Below, one piece after another: positions 8,179-18,501 of a stretch of 33,264 nucleotides of DNA (its first letter is position 1; each line of letters starts with the position of its first letter). Origin of the DNA: Armatimonadota bacterium (GTDB taxonomy: Bacteria > Armatimonadota > Fimbriimonadia > Fimbriimonadales > GBS-DC); NCBI GenBank assembly GCA_037444405.1, contig JBBIML010000032.1:1-33264 (forward strand), read 5' to 3'. Under the pieces are notes generated by a model, which had not been told where the DNA came from, did not search any database, and saw nothing but the letters and a program-made list of their open reading frames with translations. Both the position numbers and the translations under genes were made by a program.

Positions 8179-10254
8179 ATGAAGGAGTTGTCGGTGGTGC
8201 GGGTGCGGATTTCCGCGCCCGCGATGCGCCTTTTACATCATGCGCAGGTGCTGGCGCAGTCGATCCGCGCCGACGCCCGCCACCTGTTGCTGGCGCTGAT
8301 TCAGCATCACCGCAACACGCTCCACCAGCTGGCGCCGGAGCTGGACATCGATGCGCTTCAGCAGGCGCTCCAGCAGGAGCTGAGCGGCGGCGATGAATCG
8401 TTCGCCTTCTCGCTCGATCAGGTGGTTCAGCTGGCGGCGGAGCAGGCGGTGCGCGAGGGCAAGCAATGGATCTCTGTGCGGCACCTGGGTCAGTCGCTGC
8501 TGTTATTGCGCCAGCATCGGGCGTCGGCTTCCGGGTCGGGCTTCCGCATATTAAGCGCGGGGCTGAATCTGACCGAGCAGGCGAAGGCGGGCGCACTGCC
8601 GCAGGTGGTGGGGCGCGACGCGGAGATCGAGTGCCTGATGGAGGTGCTGTGCCGCCCGATCAATCCCTACGCGGTGCTGGTGGGGCTGGAGGGCGTCGGG
8701 CGACGTGCCGTCGTGCAGGGGCTGGCACAGCGCATCGCGGCAGGCACCGTGCCCCCAACGCTCCAGAACCGACCCGTGATCCTGTTCCCGCAGCTCATCG
8801 ACGCGCCCGATTTCTATATTCAGCTGGTGGAGGAGGCGAGCGCGGCGAACGCGATTCTCTATCTGGAGCCGTTCGAGATTTTCCTGAACGCGCCCGCGCC
8901 GCCGCTGGAAGCGCTGCGCCTGCAGTTCTTGAGCGATCTGGTGACCCGCCGCATCCCCGTTATCGGCGCGGTGAGCAGCCTTGAAAACCTGCAGCGTCAG
9001 GTCGGGCACGCACCCGACCTGCTCAAGCGGTTCCAGCCCATCCCCGTGCATCCGCTGGACGCGCAGGAGACACTGATTGTGCTGCAGCAGTTGCGCGACC
9101 ATTTCCGTACGCAGCTGGGCATCGACATCAGCGACGGGACGCTGCAGCTGATGGTGCAGGTCGCTGACGAGAATATCCGCCATCGCCCCTTCCCCGACAA
9201 GGCGATTATGATTCTGGATCAGGCGGTCGGTCGCGCCCGCATGCTGGGGCTGAACCAGATCGAGCCGCGCCTCGTGTGGGAGGTCACGGAGCGCATCACG
9301 GGTCTGCCGATAGGCGCGGGCGAACGGTCGCTGATGGAGCGCCTGCAGGGGCTGGAGGCTTATCTGAAAAGCTGCATCGTTGGTCAGGACGCCGCCATCG
9401 AAACGCTGGTGCGGGTGTTCAGCCTCAAGATTCGGCGGCTGGACCTGCGCCCGGAGCGACCGAACGGGGTGTTCCTGTTTGTCGGACCGACGGGCGTGGG
9501 CAAGACGGAGATGGCGCGTGCCCTCGCCGAATACTTCTTCGGCTCGCGCGACCGACTGCTCCGCCTCGATATGAACCAGTTCTTTGAGGCGCACACGGTC
9601 GCCCGATTGCTGGGCGCGGAACCCGGCTATGTGGGCTTTGAAATGGGCAGCCCCCTGCTCGATTTCGTCGCCGAGAACCCCTTCTGCGTCGTGCTGTTAG
9701 ACGAGATCGAGAAGGCGCACGCGGAGGTGCATAAGGTCTTCCTGCAGATTTTTGATGATGGCTATATCATCGACACGCAGGGGCGGCGCATCTCGTTCGC
9801 CGACACGATTATCGTGATGACCTCCAACCTGCACCCAGAGACAGCCGTTGGTTTCCTGCGCGAGAAGCATTCGCCCGAGGATTGGCGCCGGCTGTTCGCC
9901 GAGAGCTTCTCGCCAGAGTTTGTGAACCGAATCGATGCGCTGTGCGTCTTTCAGCCGCTGGAGAAGGCGCATATGCGACAGATTATCGAGACGCGCTTCC
10001 TGCCGCGCCTGCAGGAGATGTATCGGCGGCGCGGGCTGGAGGTGGCGGTAGACGACGCCGTTATCGACTGGTTGGCGGAGCAGGGCTATCATGAGCATTA
10101 CGGCGCCCGCGAGCTGGAGCGGGCGGTGGAACGCGAGCTGCTGATGCTGATTGCGCCCTATGTGCCCACCGCTGTCGACAGCGCAGGTCAGCCGCCCCGC
10201 GCCCTTCGCGTTGAGCTGCTCGGCGGTCAGCTCCGCGTGCAGGAAGCGAGTTAG
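8179..10254 (+). CDS. ClpA/ClpC-type AAA+ ATPase with degenerate first ATPase module
   Basis: Clp N-like region, VVGRDAEI, FPDKA, IVGQD, GPTGVGKTE, GYVG, LLDEIEKAH, MTSN, VGF loop, PEFVNRID, GARELER. Start is 8179 (ATG) or 8194 (GTG after AAGGAG). Confidence 0.9.
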   Translation: MKELSVVRVRISAPAMRLLHHAQVLAQSIRADARHLLLALIQHHRNTLHQLAPELDIDALQQALQQELSGGDESFAFSLDQVVQLAAEQAVREGKQWISVRHLGQSLLLLRQHRASASGSGFRILSAGLNLTEQAKAGALPQVVGRDAEIECLMEVLCRPINPYAVLVGLEGVGRRAVVQGLAQRIAAGTVPPTLQNRPVILFPQLIDAPDFYIQLVEEASAANAILYLEPFEIFLNAPAPPLEALRLQFLSDLVTRRIPVIGAVSSLENLQRQVGHAPDLLKRFQPIPVHPLDAQETLIVLQQLRDHFRTQLGIDISDGTLQLMVQVADENIRHRPFPDKAIMILDQAVGRARMLGLNQIEPRLVWEVTERITGLPIGAGERSLMERLQGLEAYLKSCIVGQDAAIETLVRVFSLKIRRLDLRPERPNGVFLFVGPTGVGKTEMARALAEYFFGSRDRLLRLDMNQFFEAHTVARLLGAEPGYVGFEMGSPLLDFVAENPFCVVLLDEIEKAHAEVHKVFLQIFDDGYIIDTQGRRISFADTIIVMTSNLHPETAVGFLREKHSPEDWRRLFAESFSPEFVNRIDALCVFQPLEKAHMRQIIETRFLPRLQEMYRRRGLEVAVDDAVIDWLAEQGYHEHYGARELERAVERELLMLIAPYVPTAVDSAGQPPRALRVELLGGQLRVQEAS

Positions 10255-10272
10255 CCGTGAGGGAGGTTGCCG

Positions 10273-10842
10273 ATGCGCGTGCTGGTGATCGATAACTACG
10301 ATAGCTTCACCTACAATCTGGTTCAGTATCTGGGCGAGCTGGGCGCGACGGTGCAGGTGGTGCGCAACGACGCGCTGACCGTCGACGCGGTGCTGGCGCT
10401 GGTACCCGATTGCCTTGTGATCTCGCCTGGACCCTGCACGCCGAATGAAGCGGGCATCTGCGTGCCGCTCATTCGCGCGGCGGCGGGCAAAATCCCTCTG
10501 CTGGGCGTGTGTCTGGGTCATCAGGCGATTGGCGCGGCGTTCGGCGGCGAGATTGTGCGCGCCCTGCGCCCGATGCACGGCAAGACCTCGCTCGTGCGCC
10601 ATACCGATCAGGGCGTGTTTCGCGGCTTGCCGAACCCGCTCAGGGTCATCCGCTACCATTCGCTGGTCATCCGCCGCGAGAGCCTGCCCGCCGAGCTGGA
10701 AATCACCGCCGAGACCGACGAGGGCGAGATTATGGGCGTCCGCCATCGACGCTACCCCATCGAAGGCGTGCAGTTCCATCCCGAATCGATCATGAGCGAG
10801 GCAGGCAAGGAGCTGCTGAAGAACTTTTTGACCCGCCCGTAG
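10273..10842 (+). CDS. trpG: Anthranilate/aminodeoxychorismate synthase glutamine amidotransferase component II (TrpG/PabA)
   Basis: [43 protein letters not shown] before 10273. Confidence 0.95.
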   Translation: MRVLVIDNYDSFTYNLVQYLGELGATVQVVRNDALTVDAVLALVPDCLVISPGPCTPNEAGICVPLIRAAAGKIPLLGVCLGHQAIGAAFGGEIVRALRPMHGKTSLVRHTDQGVFRGLPNPLRVIRYHSLVIRRESLPAELEITAETDEGEIMGVRHRRYPIEGVQFHPESIMSEAGKELLKNFLTRP

Positions 10843-10854
10843 CCTGCGAGAAAG

Positions 10855-10963
10855 CCCTCACCCCCAGCCCCTCTCCCACGCTGTGGGAGAGGGGAGTCTA
10901 ATCCCTCTCCCCATGAAGGGGGAGAGGGCGTGGTGATGAAGGGCAGAGGGCGTGGTGATGAAG
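10855..10963. repeat. Inverted pair of CCCTCTCCC/GGGAGAGGG palindromic units plus a 19-bp tandem duplication
   Basis: Stems at 10868-10894 (12 bp perfect) and 10903-10928 (10 bp). AGAGGGCGTGGTGATGAAG at 10923 and 10945. Confidence 0.8.
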
Positions 10964-11035
10964 AGTAGGAGCGTGGTTCCCGCGCCCTTCTTCAGGCGAT
11001 TCAGGCAGTGGGGCGTGGGAACCATGCCCCACTCT
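10962..11035. repeat. GTAG-type REP doublet (REPIN-like) overlapping the scpB 3' end
   Basis: AGAGTAGGAGCGTGGTTCCCGCGCCC (10962-10987) is an imperfect inverted copy of GGGCGTGGGAACCATGCCCCACTCT (11011-11035). Confidence 0.65.
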
Positions 11036-11531
11036 CTTCAGGCGGTTCGGGCAGCTCGTCCAGGCTGTTCAGCCCGAAGTAGTGCAGGAACTGCGCCGTT
11101 GTGCCGTACAGCACGGGTCGACCGGGCGCCTCTTTGCGCCCCACTTCGGCGATCAGTCCTCTTGCCACCAGCTGGCGCACGGTGTGGCTGCTGTCCACGC
11201 CGCGCAGGGCGTCGATCTGCGCCTGGGTGACGGGCTGCTCGTAGGCGACAATCGCCAGCACCTCCAGCGCGGCGCGCGAGAGCTTCTTCGGGGGTGGGTT
11301 CAGCAGGCGGGCGATATAGGGCGCATATTCGGGCTTCGTCGCGAGCTGATAGCCGCCCGCGACGCGCAGGAGCTGAATCGGTCCCTGCGCCGTTAGTTCG
11401 CGCTCCAGCTGGTTCAGCGCAGCCTCCACCCCATCGGGCGGCTGACCCAGCGCCTCGCTCAGCGTCTCGATGGTCAGCGGCGAATCCGCCACGAACAGCA
11501 GCGCAAACAGTGCATCCCGTATCGTTTCCAT
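11001..11531 (-). CDS. scpB: SMC-Scp complex subunit ScpB
   Basis: ALLFVA..PL, VAGGYQL.TKPE, LSRAALEVLAIVAYEQPVT..IDALRGVDS, GRKEAPGRP.LYGTT..FL.YFGL..L.ELP. Confidence 0.96.
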   Translation of the reverse strand: METIRDALFALLFVADSPLTIETLSEALGQPPDGVEAALNQLERELTAQGPIQLLRVAGGYQLATKPEYAPYIARLLNPPPKKLSRAALEVLAIVAYEQPVTQAQIDALRGVDSSHTVRQLVARGLIAEVGRKEAPGRPVLYGTTAQFLHYFGLNSLDELPEPPEESGAWFPRPTA

Positions 11532-11532
11532 C

Positions 11533-12435
11533 TCAGAATCGCCAGAGCAGATAGAGCAGCAGCGCGGCGGTCGGCAGCAGCACGAGCAGGCTCGCCCACT
11601 TCTCCTGACGGGAGAGCTGGAACGCCCGCCAGTTGACCGCGAGGATGACGACCGCCATCGGCACGAGCGCGGGCAGCGCGGGTGTGACGCCCACCATCAC
11701 CAGCACCAGATACGCCCACAGCGTTAGAAATAGCCCGACCGCTGTGGCGAAGGGACGCAGCCCGAACCGATAGAGGCACGCCGCGTAGAGCGCCAGAAAC
11801 ACGAAATCGCCCGCGCCCACCAGCGCAATCGGCACCACACGCTTGACCGCGGGCGTCGCCAGACCGGGCGACGCCAGAATCGCGACCGCTGCCCGCTCCA
11901 GCACCGCCGGTGCCGTCTCCATCACCCGCTTCACAAAGCCCACAGGCGTCAGCACCGTGAGCGCGTCGATCAGCGCCGCGAACGGCACCACCGGCACCAG
12001 CAGGTTCCTTTCACGGATGATTCGGGAGAGCAGGCAGCCCAGCCCGATCGCGGACAGCATCAGCAGATAGCCGTGCAGGGCGCGATAGGGCACGGCGATC
12101 AGGGGCGACACCCGCTGGTGAGCCGACAGTCCCAGCAGGGTGGGCAGTAGCAGCCACAGGGCGAACGCGCTCGCGCCCCCCATCAGCAGCGCGAGCGCCA
12201 GCCAGCGATGCACTTCGCACAATCGGGCAAGCGCGAAGACCAGCCCCAGCAGCGTTGCCATCAGCGCCAGCGTGCTGATCAGCGTGCCGACCCACACCCA
12301 GCCCAGCGGCACCACCACGAACGGTGTCGCTGTCTGCAGCGCCAGATAGGCGACGCTCCAGCCCAGCCACGCCCGATCCCGCTCGCCTGCGCCCTGCCCT
12401 TCACGCCATGCAAGCCCCTTCAGCATTCCGATCAA
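11533..12435 (-). CDS. Polytopic membrane protein, putative presenilin/SPP-like GxGD intramembrane aspartyl protease
   Basis: About 9 hydrophobic segments. ALID(157)AL, VGAGD(210)FVF and LP(255)ALVPM occur in presenilin order. Start is TTG 12435 or ATG 12426. Confidence 0.7.
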   Translation of the reverse strand: MIGMLKGLAWREGQGAGERDRAWLGWSVAYLALQTATPFVVVPLGWVWVGTLISTLALMATLLGLVFALARLCEVHRWLALALLMGGASAFALWLLLPTLLGLSAHQRVSPLIAVPYRALHGYLLMLSAIGLGCLLSRIIRERNLLVPVVPFAALIDALTVLTPVGFVKRVMETAPAVLERAAVAILASPGLATPAVKRVVPIALVGAGDFVFLALYAACLYRFGLRPFATAVGLFLTLWAYLVLVMVGVTPALPALVPMAVVILAVNWRAFQLSRQEKWASLLVLLPTAALLLYLLWRF

Positions 12436-12481
12436 CCCTTCTACTATACCCCTTCTGACCCATGACGGGTATACTTCTTAT

Positions 12482-12578
12482 CAGCCGCGGGGGGTGCTGC
12501 CGTCAGGCGGCTGAGATCCCCTTTGGGGGAAACCCCTGGAACCTGATCCGGGTAATACCGGCGGAGGGAACGCGGTCA
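12482..12578 (+). ncRNA. TPP riboswitch
   Basis: P1 CCGCG/CGCGG, GGGGTGC..GCTGAGA, ACCC..GAACCTGATCCGGGTAATACCGGCGGAGGGA. Directly upstream of thiC, with -10 GGTATACT at 12468-12475. Confidence 0.96.
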
Positions 12579-12598
12579 GTGGCATCAGCGTCGCGCGT

Positions 12599-12621
12599 CA
12601 GGGGCAAGATGCCCCTGCTAC
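12599..12621 (-). repeat. GTAG-type REP in the thiC leader
   Basis: Minus strand GTAG-CAGGGGCA-TCT-TGCCCCTG (8-bp perfect stem). Confidence 0.55.
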
Positions 12622-12629
12622 TACGGTGA

Positions 12630-14030
<1,401 letters not shown>

Positions 14031-14080
14031 AAATCAAAAGAGCCGACCCGAACCGGGCAAACGCTGGTATACTATTGCTG

Positions 14081-14120
14081 GCAACAGGGTTGGATGGCGA
14101 AAGCCATCAAACCCTGTCGC
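14081..14120 (+). other. Long GAAA-capped hairpin in the 5' region of the vWA lipoprotein gene
   Basis: GCAACAGGGTTGGATGGC-GAAA-GCCATCAAACCCTGTCGC, 16/18 pairs, just after GGTATACT at 14066-14073. Confidence 0.5.
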
Positions 14121-14161
14121 TCCTCTGTCAACAGGGAGCAGGGTGAGGAGTTGATGCAGAG

Positions 14162-15187
14162 ATGGGACGGGTCTGGTTCGCTCTGGTGGGTTTAGCGTTG
14201 CTCATAGGGGGCTGTGCGGGCAGGCGGCAGATCGAGCGGCTCACGGCGCAGGCGTTGCCCGCCAATAGCGTTGTTTTCACGCTGGAGCATCTGACCACCG
14301 ACTGCCGGGGTCTGCAGGGTGATGAGCCGACCCAGTTCATCGTGCGCTGTTCCGACCCGAAGGTTCAGGTGCGGGTTCAGGCGGTCAAGCGGTCGCGCTG
14401 CCCGCGCCCGCAGGATGCGCGGCGCAAGCTGAGCGTGGCGATGGCGATGGATCAGTCGGCGTCGCTGTTTGGCACGGGTGGACGGTTCGGCTCCGACCCC
14501 GATAAACAGCGCTTTCCTGCCGCCCGACGCTTCATCGAAGCTTTGCCCGCCGATACTCGCCTGACGCTCTGTTGCTTCGCCTCGCTGAACCCCATTCAAT
14601 ATGGCGACTTCGACCTGCTGGTGCCGATGGGCGAAGGCAATCGGCAGGCAGCTGTTCGCGCGCTGGACTTTCTGGAGCAGCAGGGTCCGAGCATGCACGG
14701 CACACCGCTCTGGAACACACTGATAGCCCAGCTTAACACCCTGCGGGGTGAGCCGCCCAACCGCGAGCGGTGGCTGGTCTGCTTCACCGACGGTGCGAAC
14801 GAGGTGCCCGCCGAGGTTGTCAGTCGCACTGACGCAGAGGTGGAGGCTGCCGCCCGTCAAACAGGCACACGCCTGTTCTTTGTGTTTCTGGGCGATGAGC
14901 AATCGATCCCTGACTACCCGGCTGTGCGCGCCACGCTTCAGCGATTAGCCGATGCGACCGATGGCACGCTGGTCGCGGTGCGCGAGGCGCGCGATCTGCA
15001 GGCGGCATTCGCGGATGTGATGGGCAGCGCGAGCTATGTGCCCTGCTACAGGCTGCAGTGCGTGTTGAAGCGTGAGGGCGGCTTTCGGCGTGGCGAGAAG
15101 GTTCGCCTGACCGTGCGCGGCGGCGCCGACGGAATCGAACGCACCTTCGAACTGACCATCGGGGAGCCGACCGCCCGCCGCCTGTGA
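14162..15187 (+). CDS. vWA-domain lipoprotein
   Basis: Lipobox-like LLIGG|C, MIDAS DQSAS, GTPLW, VCFTDG. Confidence 0.8.
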   Translation: MGRVWFALVGLALLIGGCAGRRQIERLTAQALPANSVVFTLEHLTTDCRGLQGDEPTQFIVRCSDPKVQVRVQAVKRSRCPRPQDARRKLSVAMAMDQSASLFGTGGRFGSDPDKQRFPAARRFIEALPADTRLTLCCFASLNPIQYGDFDLLVPMGEGNRQAAVRALDFLEQQGPSMHGTPLWNTLIAQLNTLRGEPPNRERWLVCFTDGANEVPAEVVSRTDAEVEAAARQTGTRLFFVFLGDEQSIPDYPAVRATLQRLADATDGTLVAVREARDLQAAFADVMGSASYVPCYRLQCVLKREGGFRRGEKVRLTVRGGADGIERTFELTIGEPTARRL

Positions 15188-15221
15188 GAGGTACTGCCGG
15201 GTGGGACCCAGCTGCTGGGAA

Positions 15222-15275
15222 GGGCGCGGGGACCGCGTCCGTACGGTGTGTTCCTGGGCGGGACGCCCAGGCCAC
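15222..15275 (-). repeat. Two GTAG-type REP-like units
   Basis: Minus strand GTAC-GGACGCGGTCCCCGCGCCC (15222-15244, like the 10965 unit) and GTGG-CCTGGGCG-TCC-CGCCCAGG (15253-15275, same architecture as the 12599 unit). Confidence 0.55.
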
Positions 15276-15316
15276 GCAGGGTACACTTGCAACAAAGGGC
15301 ACATGGAGGTGAGATG

Positions 15317-16402
15317 ATGCGTGGTGTGATTATTGCTGGCGGGTTCGGCACGCGCCTGCGACCGCTGACCCTGCGCCGCCCGAAACCGCTGATCCCAGTG
15401 GCGAACCGCCCCTTTCTGGAGTATCAGGTGGCGCAGTTAAAAGCCGCAGGCGCCGAAGAGATTGTGTTCGCCACCAACTATCTGGCAGATCGGATTGAGG
15501 CGCACTTTGGCGACGGCTCGCGGTTCGGCGTGCGCATGCGTTACGCGATGGAGCAGGAGCCGCTGGGCACGGCGGGCGCCATTCGCAACGCCGTCGAGGG
15601 GCTACCGCCGATGCGCTGTATCGTGTTCAACGGCGACATTTTGACCGATTTCGACATCGGCGCGATTGTGCAGGCGCATCAGGAGCGTGGGGCACAGGCG
15701 ACGCTCACGCTCTATCGCGTGCAACGCCCGCATCCCTACGGCGTGATCGAGGTGGCGGACGACGGGCGTGTGCAGGCGTTCCTTGAGCCGAGCGAGGAGC
15801 AGAAACGCGCTGCCGACTGCGGCGAGCCGATGGAAGGCACCGATTTTATCAACGCGGGCATCTACATTCTGGAGCCGGAGCTGATTGAGCGCATCCCGCT
15901 GCGCCCCTGCTCGATCGAGCGCGAGTTCTATCCGCAGATTTTGCGCGAGGGCGTGCCCGTGTATGGTTATGAGGGGCGCGGCTTCTGGCTCGATATCGGG
16001 CGCCCGTCGCAATACATGCGGGCGACCCGCGCGCTGCTCAGCGGCGAGGTTCGCGCCGCGCTCGCGCCGCCGGGCACCCGCACGCCCGACGGCTACTGGC
16101 TGATGCACGAGGCGGAGGTGGAACCCGACGCCGAGATCGAGCCCGGCTGCCATATCGGGGCGTCCGCCCGAATCGAATCACGCGTGCGGCTCAGCGGCTA
16201 CACGGTGGTGGGCGCAGGCAGCACCGTCGGCAGCGGCAGCACCCTGCACGGCTGTATCCTGGGCACCCATGTGTCCATCGGCGACGGCTGCCACCTCGAA
16301 GATTGCATTCTGGACGACGAGGTGGTCATCGAATCGCATGTGCGCATGCGCGGGGCGGTGCTGGGCGCGGGCAGCCTCGTTCGCGCCTACAGCACGCTCT
16401 AA
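15317..16402 (+). CDS. NDP-sugar pyrophosphorylase (mannose-1-phosphate guanylyltransferase-like) with C-terminal hexapeptide repeats
   Basis: IIAGGFGTRLRPLT..PKPL, EPLGTAGAI, FNGD, INAGIY, WLDIG, LbH tail. GGAGGT RBS. Confidence 0.92.
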   Translation: MRGVIIAGGFGTRLRPLTLRRPKPLIPVANRPFLEYQVAQLKAAGAEEIVFATNYLADRIEAHFGDGSRFGVRMRYAMEQEPLGTAGAIRNAVEGLPPMRCIVFNGDILTDFDIGAIVQAHQERGAQATLTLYRVQRPHPYGVIEVADDGRVQAFLEPSEEQKRAADCGEPMEGTDFINAGIYILEPELIERIPLRPCSIEREFYPQILREGVPVYGYEGRGFWLDIGRPSQYMRATRALLSGEVRAALAPPGTRTPDGYWLMHEAEVEPDAEIEPGCHIGASARIESRVRLSGYTVVGAGSTVGSGSTLHGCILGTHVSIGDGCHLEDCILDDEVVIESHVRMRGAVLGAGSLVRAYSTL

Positions 16403-17559
16403 AGCAGCTGCGCCTTGTGCGCCGCCTGCTGAAGGTCACGGATCAAATCATCGGGATGCTCCAGCCCGACATAGAGGCGGAAGAACCACGGGCGCATGCC
16501 CTGTTCACCGGGTTCGCCCTCTGCCCAGCCAATCATGAGGCTCTCGTGCCCGCCCCAGCTGGGACCGAATCGAAACAGGCGCAGGTGGTCGGTGAAGGTG
16601 TAGGCTTGTTCGTCGGTGATAGGAACCGTGCGCAGGCTGAACAGGCTGCCGTAGCCGCGCATCTGGCGCTGTGCCAGCGCGTGCTGGGGATGGGTGGGCA
16701 GCCCCGGATGGTTCACCTGCGCCACGAATGGCTGCCCGGCGAGCCAGCGAGCGACCTGCAGACCGCTCTGCTGGAGACGCTCCATGCGAACGGCGAGCGT
16801 GCGCAAGCCACGAATCAGCAACCACGCGCCGAACGGCTCCAGTATGCTGCCGATCAGCTCGCGCGTGCGGGCGACCGCCTGCAGCAGTTCCGCGCGACCT
16901 GCCACCGCACCCGCAATTAAGTCGCTATGCCCACCCAGATATTTGCTGGCGCTGTGCAACACGATGTCGACGCCCAGCGCGTGTGGGTTCTGGAAGAGAG
17001 GCGTTGCCCAGCTGTTATCGCACAGCGTCAGGATGCCATGCTCCCGCGCCCAGCTCGCCACTGCCTGCAAATCCTGCAACTGAAACACGAGGCTGGTGGG
17101 GCTTTCCAGATAGACCAGTCGCGTGTTCGGGCGCCGTGCCGATTCAAACGCCCCCAGCTCAGTGCCGTCCACAAAGCTTGTCTCGATGCCGAAGCGGGTG
17201 AGCCACTCAGCCAGCAGTGTGCGCGTGGGCGGATAGACGCTCTCCACGCAGATGACATGCTCGCCCGCCCGCACAAAGGTGAGGATTGCGGCGGAGATAG
17301 CTCCCATGCCAGAGGCGAACAGCAGGGCGCATTCCGTTCCCTCTAAGGCAGCGATTTTGCGCTCCGCCAGCTCCACCGTTGGGTTCGACACGCGCGAGTA
17401 GAAGTAGACGCCCTCCTGCTGGGCGCTGGTGTGGCGTTCACGCAGCGTGCGTGCCGTGAAGAGCGAAGTTTGAACCAGTGGGGGCACGACCGCACCGTAG
17501 GGGAACGGCTCCTCCTCGCCCAGATGCTGAATCAGCGTCGCCGGATTCTCCTCATGCAT
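16399..17559 (-). CDS. Cys/Met metabolism PLP-dependent enzyme (cystathionine gamma-synthase/lyase family)
   Basis: YSRVSNPT, ASGMGAI, YLESPT, DNSWATP, HSASKYLGGHSD, SWGG.ESL, GLEHPDDLI.DL. Confidence 0.92.
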   Translation of the reverse strand: MHEENPATLIQHLGEEEPFPYGAVVPPLVQTSLFTARTLRERHTSAQQEGVYFYSRVSNPTVELAERKIAALEGTECALLFASGMGAISAAILTFVRAGEHVICVESVYPPTRTLLAEWLTRFGIETSFVDGTELGAFESARRPNTRLVYLESPTSLVFQLQDLQAVASWAREHGILTLCDNSWATPLFQNPHALGVDIVLHSASKYLGGHSDLIAGAVAGRAELLQAVARTRELIGSILEPFGAWLLIRGLRTLAVRMERLQQSGLQVARWLAGQPFVAQVNHPGLPTHPQHALAQRQMRGYGSLFSLRTVPITDEQAYTFTDHLRLFRFGPSWGGHESLMIGWAEGEPGEQGMRPWFFRLYVGLEHPDDLIRDLQQAAHKAQLL

Positions 17560-18493
17560 AGTGCGAGTGTACCTGACCGACCAGCACCTGCCAGAAGGTG
17601 CGGGCGTAGCGGCGGTATCGGGGCACGCGTCCCAGCGTGAGCAATACCAGCGCCGCTCCCGTGAGCCAGCGCAGGAACGCGCCGAGCCGATCGAGCAAAG
17701 CGCACATCAGCCCCGCCCACCAGCCGTGATGCGTGCGGAAGAACCGCTCCTTACCCCGATTGTAATACAGCACCATTCGGGCGCGGTTCGGCTCGCCGCT
17801 GGCGCCCAGATGGTGGATGAACACGGCATCATGCACATAGAAGATTCGCCCGCCATTCCGCCGCAGCCGATAGCACAGGTCGGTGTCCTCGCAGTAGAGG
17901 AAGTAGCCCTCATCGAACAGGGGTGGGCTGCCATCAGGCTGGCGACGCAGCAGCATGCATGCGCCCATCACCTGCTCCACCTCGATGGTCGCGTTGAAAT
18001 CCCAATCGGTGCGCCAGTAGCCGCCGAACAGGCGGGTGCGTGGGAACAGCTTCGCCAGCCCTGTCTGCTCGCAGAAGACCGCCCACAGGGTCAGCTCGCG
18101 AGCGCACGAGGGCTGGATGCGCCCATCCGGATAGCGCAGTTGACCTCCGCAGGCGGACGCTTCGGGATGCGCCTCCATAAACGCCACCAATCGCTCCAGT
18201 GCGCCGGGTGTCGCCCGCACATCGGCGTTCAAAATCAGCAGGTAGCGTCCCTGCGCTGCCTGCAAGCCCTGATTGCACGCCGCGCCGAAGCCCCGATTCT
18301 CCGCGTTGGCAATCAGGCGCACAGTTGGGAACTCGCGCTGAACCATCTCCGCGCTGCCATCAGCCGAGGCGTTATCGACCACGATCCGTTCGCACCGAAT
18401 GCCCTCGCACTGCAGCGATTGCAGGCACTCGCGCAGCAGCTCGCGCGTGTTGTAGCTCACGATAATGATGGAGAGGTCGGGCACAGGCTCCAT
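17552..18493 (-). CDS. GT2 family glycosyltransferase (rhamnosyltransferase-like)
   Basis: SIIIVSYNT, VVDNASADGS, NRGFGAACNQG, LNAD, GACMLL, FDEGYFLYCEDTDLC. Confidence 0.92.
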   Translation of the reverse strand: MEPVPDLSIIIVSYNTRELLRECLQSLQCEGIRCERIVVDNASADGSAEMVQREFPTVRLIANAENRGFGAACNQGLQAAQGRYLLILNADVRATPGALERLVAFMEAHPEASACGGQLRYPDGRIQPSCARELTLWAVFCEQTGLAKLFPRTRLFGGYWRTDWDFNATIEVEQVMGACMLLRRQPDGSPPLFDEGYFLYCEDTDLCYRLRRNGGRIFYVHDAVFIHHLGASGEPNRARMVLYYNRGKERFFRTHHGWWAGLMCALLDRLGAFLRWLTGAALVLLTLGRVPRYRRYARTFWQVLVGQVHSHYA

Positions 18494-18501
18494 GCTCGCG
18501 T

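Noticed and set aside
8551..10779. 347 aa and 360 aa minus-strand ORFs
   Set aside because: Shadows of clp and trpG
10855..10990. Possible CRISPR array
   Set aside because: Units are inverted palindromes or a two-copy tandem, with no unique spacers of constant length and no cas genes
11533..12435. Type IV prepilin peptidase (A24) assignment
   Set aside because: No N-terminal CxxC zinc domain. The PAL motif and the helices preceding the first Asp fit A22 better. Not formally excluded without a profile search.
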